A stretch of 64,000 nt of DNA from Myxococcota bacterium (GTDB lineage Bacteria; Myxococcota_A; SURF-8). Both the position numbers and the translations under genes were made by a program. The stretch lies in NCBI GenBank assembly GCA_965140415.1, contig OZ223209.1:4448001-4512000 (forward strand). The letters are read 5' to 3'. Of the stretch, positions 60,012-64,000 are shown piece by piece (position 1 is the stretch's first letter; every line of letters starts with the position of its first letter). The notes under the pieces are model-generated. The model was not told the DNA's origin. It worked only from the letters and a program-made list of their open reading frames with translations, and searched no databases.

Positions 60012-61907
60012 TTAGGTTTCCTCTCTAAAACTCATCACCAACTCGTATACACCCTCGTTTCGCTTCCTTGTAATGTCAAACCCCATCTTCTCGAACAGTC
60101 GAAGCATTGGTTCATTTTCAACAAGAACTTCAGCAGTGAACCCCAACAAACCTTGTTTCTTAGCGAGGAACGTAATGTAGTTCAGCAGTTCGGAGCCGAT
60201 GCCGTTGCGTTGAAAACTGTCGCTTACCGCAAAGGCAACCTCACCTGTATGAGCGTGTTCCTCTATCCCATATTGACCTACTCCAGCGACAACCTCCTTT
60301 TCATTGTCCTTTACAACGGCCAAAATGACCATCTCTTTTGTATAATCGATAACCACAAACTCCTGAAGCCGCTCGTGCGGCATATCCTTGCGCGTCGAAA
60401 TAAACCGACGATACATGCTTTGATCGGACAACGAATAGAACAAATCCTTCAACATCGGTTCATCGGAAATCTTGACAGGCCGTAACAACAAGTTAAGTCC
60501 CGTTTTGGTAATTCGCTTCGATTCCAGATGTTCGGGGTATTCGCCGCGTTTGCCGGGCATGAATGCCTGGTCCGCATAAATATAGTTCAGTCGCTTCGCC
60601 TCCTGGATCAACATACTGCGAAACTTGGGATGCGCAATGGCGATCAGACTCATGGCGCGCTCGCGAATGCTTTTGCCATGCAGGTAGGCAATGCCGTATT
60701 CCGTAACGACGTAATGCACGTCCCCACGAACAAGCGTGGTGCTGGCACCCACATCCAGCACCGGTGCGATACGCGAGACCTCCTCGTTATCCGCAGTACT
60801 GGGCAAACAGAGAATGGTTTTACCACCCGGAGCCAGAATCGCACCGCGCATGAAATCCGCCTGACCACCAATGCCGCTGTATTGCGTATTACCCAGTGAC
60901 TCCGCAGTGGATTGCCCGGTCAAATCGACCTGCAAGGCGGAGTTGATTGCAGTCATGTTACGATTGCGCGCGATCATCAATGGATCGTTGGTCTGATCGA
61001 CCGGCATGAACTGAATCGAAGGATTGTCGTGCAGGTATTCGTATGTTTCTTTGGTTCCCATGCAGAAACAGGCAATCGACTTGTTGCGATGCACGCTCTT
61101 GCGGGTATTGTCGATCACGCCCTTTTTCATCAGGTCTACCAAGCCATCACTGATCAACTCGGTATGCACACCCAGATGCCGCTTGTTTTCAAGACTTCTC
61201 ACCACGGCATTGGGCAGGGCACCGTAACCGACCTGAATGGTGTCGCCGTCCTGAATGATGCTGGCGACATAGCTTCCGATTTTCTTATTGATTCCATCCG
61301 GAGTGGAATCCACGTATTCCAGCACCGGTTCTTCATGTACGACGATGTAATCCACATCCGAAATATGAATGAAGGTATCCCCGTGCGTGCGCGGCATGCG
61401 GGGATTCACTTGAACGACCACCAACTCGGCCACCTCAACGGCTGCCTTTACGATATCCACGCTGATGCCCAGGCTGAAATAACCGTGAGCGTCCGGTGGG
61501 GACACCTGGACCAAAGCCATGTTTACCGGCACCATGCCTTTGAAGAACAGGGAAGGCACCTGATACAGAAATACCGGGGCATAATCCGCTGACCCCTTGT
61601 TCACGGCATCGCGCGAGTTCTCTCCAACGAAAAACGAATTCAAACGGAAATTGCTTTTGAATTTGTCATCGGCATAAGGCGCTACACCAAGCGTCCAGAC
61701 CTGTAGCACTTCCGTATCGAAAAATGCTTTGGGGTTGGACTGAACATAGTTTACCAAGCTATGGATCAGGTATTGCGGCTCACCACATGCCGTACTGATG
61801 AATATCCGATCTCCTGGTTGAATACGCCGAAACATGACGTTGGGGGGAACAAACTTTTTCGGATAGTCTCGCTTGAGGTTGTTCAGTATTTCAGGACGGA
61901 GTTTCAT
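60012..61907 (-). CDS. Acetyl-CoA hydrolase/CoA-transferase fused to a C-terminal GNAT domain
   Basis: LGVHTE, SGIGGQADF.RGA, VVTEYG; GNAT with AFAVSDSFQRNGIGSEL. Confidence 0.9.
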   Translation of the reverse strand: MKLRPEILNNLKRDYPKKFVPPNVMFRRIQPGDRIFISTACGEPQYLIHSLVNYVQSNPKAFFDTEVLQVWTLGVAPYADDKFKSNFRLNSFFVGENSRDAVNKGSADYAPVFLYQVPSLFFKGMVPVNMALVQVSPPDAHGYFSLGISVDIVKAAVEVAELVVVQVNPRMPRTHGDTFIHISDVDYIVVHEEPVLEYVDSTPDGINKKIGSYVASIIQDGDTIQVGYGALPNAVVRSLENKRHLGVHTELISDGLVDLMKKGVIDNTRKSVHRNKSIACFCMGTKETYEYLHDNPSIQFMPVDQTNDPLMIARNRNMTAINSALQVDLTGQSTAESLGNTQYSGIGGQADFMRGAILAPGGKTILCLPSTADNEEVSRIAPVLDVGASTTLVRGDVHYVVTEYGIAYLHGKSIRERAMSLIAIAHPKFRSMLIQEAKRLNYIYADQAFMPGKRGEYPEHLESKRITKTGLNLLLRPVKISDEPMLKDLFYSLSDQSMYRRFISTRKDMPHERLQEFVVIDYTKEMVILAVVKDNEKEVVAGVGQYGIEEHAHTGEVAFAVSDSFQRNGIGSELLNYITFLAKKQGLLGFTAEVLVENEPMLRLFEKMGFDITRKRNEGVYELVMSFREET

Positions 61908-62211
61908 CTCTCTCCTCTCGTTGACATCCTCTCTGACGCAGTGCGGCGAGCGCGCCAGCTTGGACTAGGTAATACGCTTTTCATCTCTCCTTGTCAAGGC
62001 AGTCTCGCAATATATTTCCATTCATTTAACTTATTGAAACGATAGATAAAACTAGCATATTTTCGAACAAACTACAAACACAATGCTCTTAGAGCGAGAA
62101 CCTGCTTCCCGAGAAAAGCGGGTTGTGATATATTCGAATTCGGCTCTTTTTGACTGTAACTTGAACGGTTATTCATTTTTACCCAGACCAGAAAAGGTCA
62201 TTTTTGCCATT

Positions 62212-63438
62212 ATGCCGTTGATTCGCTCTCAACCTAGCGCCCTGGACAAGCTCGAACAACTGGGCGAATCCGCTCAATTCGACCTGAGTTGCGGCAACTG
62301 CGGAGCCGGTAGACAGCGGCAACCTTCGCTCGATCGCTGGATTTACCCGGCTGCCATGCCCAACGGAAAAACGCAGAAAATGCTCAAAGTGCTGCTTTCG
62401 AACATCTGCACCTTCGACTGTCATTACTGCGCCCAGAGAGCCGAGCGCGATACCGAACGCTGTAGCTTTTCGCCGGATCAACTGGCCGGGCTTTTCGATG
62501 AACTCGTTCAGGCAAGAAAAGTGACCGGGCTGTTTCTTTCTTCCGGGATCTTCGGCGATCCGGTCACGGTGATGGACCGTATGCTCGATACGGTTGAGAT
62601 CATTCGCAAACGGCAGGGATTCAACGGCTACATTCACTTGAAGTTGCTGATGGGAGCGCAACCGGAACAGATCAGGCAGGCGTTGTATCTGGCCGACCGG
62701 GTTTCGGTCAATTTCGAGAGCATCAGTGACGATTACGTGCAGCGCATCGCACCACGCAAACAACTTACCCAGGGCTTGCAGGCTACACTCCACCAGGCCG
62801 TGGATATGATGAACTACGATCCGCTAGCCTATCGCTGCAAGGGCATGAGCACACAATTGGTCGTCGGTCCGGCAGGCGAGAACGATCGGGAACTGACGCT
62901 GTCGGTGGGGGACATTTACAATCGCTTTGGACTATCACGCGTGTATTACAGCGCTCATCAACCGATTCGCGACACTCCCCTGGAACACGCAGCCCGAACG
63001 CCGCTGTGGCGGGAGCATCGGTTGTATCAGGCCGATTTTCTGATGCGGGAATACGATTTCAAGGCAGATGAGTTCGTTTTCGGAGAGGGTAATTCCTTCC
63101 AGCGGCAGCTCGATCCGAAACTGGCCTGGGTATTGGCGCATCCGGAATGCTTCCCGGTAGAGATCAACCGCGCGCCGCTTCACGAATTACTGCGCGTGCC
63201 GGGCATCGGTCCCGTTGGAGCGAAGCGCATCGTCCAGCTACGCAGACAAAACCGCTTTCACTGGCCCGAGGATCTGCGCCCGCTGCGGATTCGCGTCCAC
63301 CAAGCCACCCCGTTTTTGACTTTCAACGGCAAACGACGCTTTGCCCAGGGACAACTGGACCTGTTTGCCTATTCCAATCAGCAAGCAGATCCCCAATGCC
63401 AATCCTCTGCAAACCCAACCGAGTCTATCGGGATATAA
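62212..63438 (+). CDS. Putative DNA modification/repair radical SAM protein with helix-hairpin-helix domain
   Basis: CTFDCHYC, GLFLSSG, YIHLK, REHRLYQADFL.R.Y, ELLRVPGIG. Confidence 0.9.
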   Translation: MPLIRSQPSALDKLEQLGESAQFDLSCGNCGAGRQRQPSLDRWIYPAAMPNGKTQKMLKVLLSNICTFDCHYCAQRAERDTERCSFSPDQLAGLFDELVQARKVTGLFLSSGIFGDPVTVMDRMLDTVEIIRKRQGFNGYIHLKLLMGAQPEQIRQALYLADRVSVNFESISDDYVQRIAPRKQLTQGLQATLHQAVDMMNYDPLAYRCKGMSTQLVVGPAGENDRELTLSVGDIYNRFGLSRVYYSAHQPIRDTPLEHAARTPLWREHRLYQADFLMREYDFKADEFVFGEGNSFQRQLDPKLAWVLAHPECFPVEINRAPLHELLRVPGIGPVGAKRIVQLRRQNRFHWPEDLRPLRIRVHQATPFLTFNGKRRFAQGQLDLFAYSNQQADPQCQSSANPTESIGI

Positions 63439-63559
63439 TGCTTGACTTGATAGACCGCATTCTCCATAATCCGAAATCGGCAACTTAACTACAACATTAA
63501 TTGAGCGCACCCTATCCCGGATAGAGTGAAACGATCACCAATGAAGAGAGGACCGAAGC

Positions 63560-64000
63560 ATGAAACGTGAGATGAATCTGTTTTTTCTGCTGATTCTCAT
63601 CCTGCTGATGGGAGTTTTTGCAGGATTCGCCGGTTGCAGTACCAGTGAATCGGACAACAACAACACACCAGTCGATGGCGACACCGCCGATGGCGATGAC
63701 TCCACCGACGGCGACACCGATACCGTAGCGGACGGCGACGGCAGCGAAGAAGAAACCACCAGTTGCCCGCCGGATCACGACGGCTGCTGCTTCACCGACG
63801 ATCACTGCGCCGAGGGGATCTGCTGGAACGGCGTCTGCGTACTCGAACCGACGACCGAAGCCACCGTGTGGTGGGAAGACACCTATTTCGATCCGACCGC
63901 TGGAACCGACGGTCATGGAGAAATGGTCGGCGATTACAAGCTGATCTCCGATGGCAGCGCGGCCATGAAACCGGTGACCGATTGTGGTGATGCGCTGGAA
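63560..64000 (+). CDS. Cys-rich lipoprotein, 3' truncated by the window edge (absent from the ORF track)
   Basis: ATG at 63560 after GAGG; MKREMNLFFLLILILLMGVFAGFAGC lipobox, four DGD repeats, CC....C....C....C; open to the window end. Confidence 0.8.
   Translation, partial: MKREMNLFFLLILILLMGVFAGFAGCSTSESDNNNTPVDGDTADGDDSTDGDTDTVADGDGSEEETTSCPPDHDGCCFTDDHCAEGICWNGVCVLEPTTEATVWWEDTYFDPTAGTDGHGEMVGDYKLISDGSAAMKPVTDCGDALE

Overview
Bacterial chromosomal window. Gene content and many Cys-rich or DGD-linker lipoproteins suggest a deltaproteobacterial/Myxococcota-like lineage (inference). The backbone carries gap-pgk-tpiA, tmk, yhaM, rluD-pgeF, tRNA-Lys/tRNA-Glu and an acyl-CoA metabolism cluster. 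The main accessory feature is a 9.57-kb element integrated at the 3' end of tRNA-Glu, bounded by a 12-bp direct repeat AACAGTTGGCGA (33286-33297 and 42857-42868). It encodes a large serine recombinase whose attachment site lies inside its own gene, so integration/excision swaps an 11-aa tail for an in-frame 45-aa tail stored at the far end of the island. It also encodes a 63-aa protein resembling the recombinase's own helix E, a rolling-circle HUH Rep protein, and a 1123-aa surface lipoprotein whose C-terminal FGE/C-type-lectin domain carries a diversity-generating-retroelement (DGR) variable-region signature, although no template repeat or reverse transcriptase is present in the window. Other notable items: a 137-bp-period tandem array that looks like repeated promoter-sRNA-terminator units (GGAAT-N18-GTT); a metal-handling operon with a CDF-HflK fusion, HflC, HflK, DUF1007 and a NiCoT/RcnA transporter, preceded by a possible arrest-peptide ORF; and a teneurin-like RHS lipoprotein. 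All family assignments come from motif recognition by eye; no searches were run.
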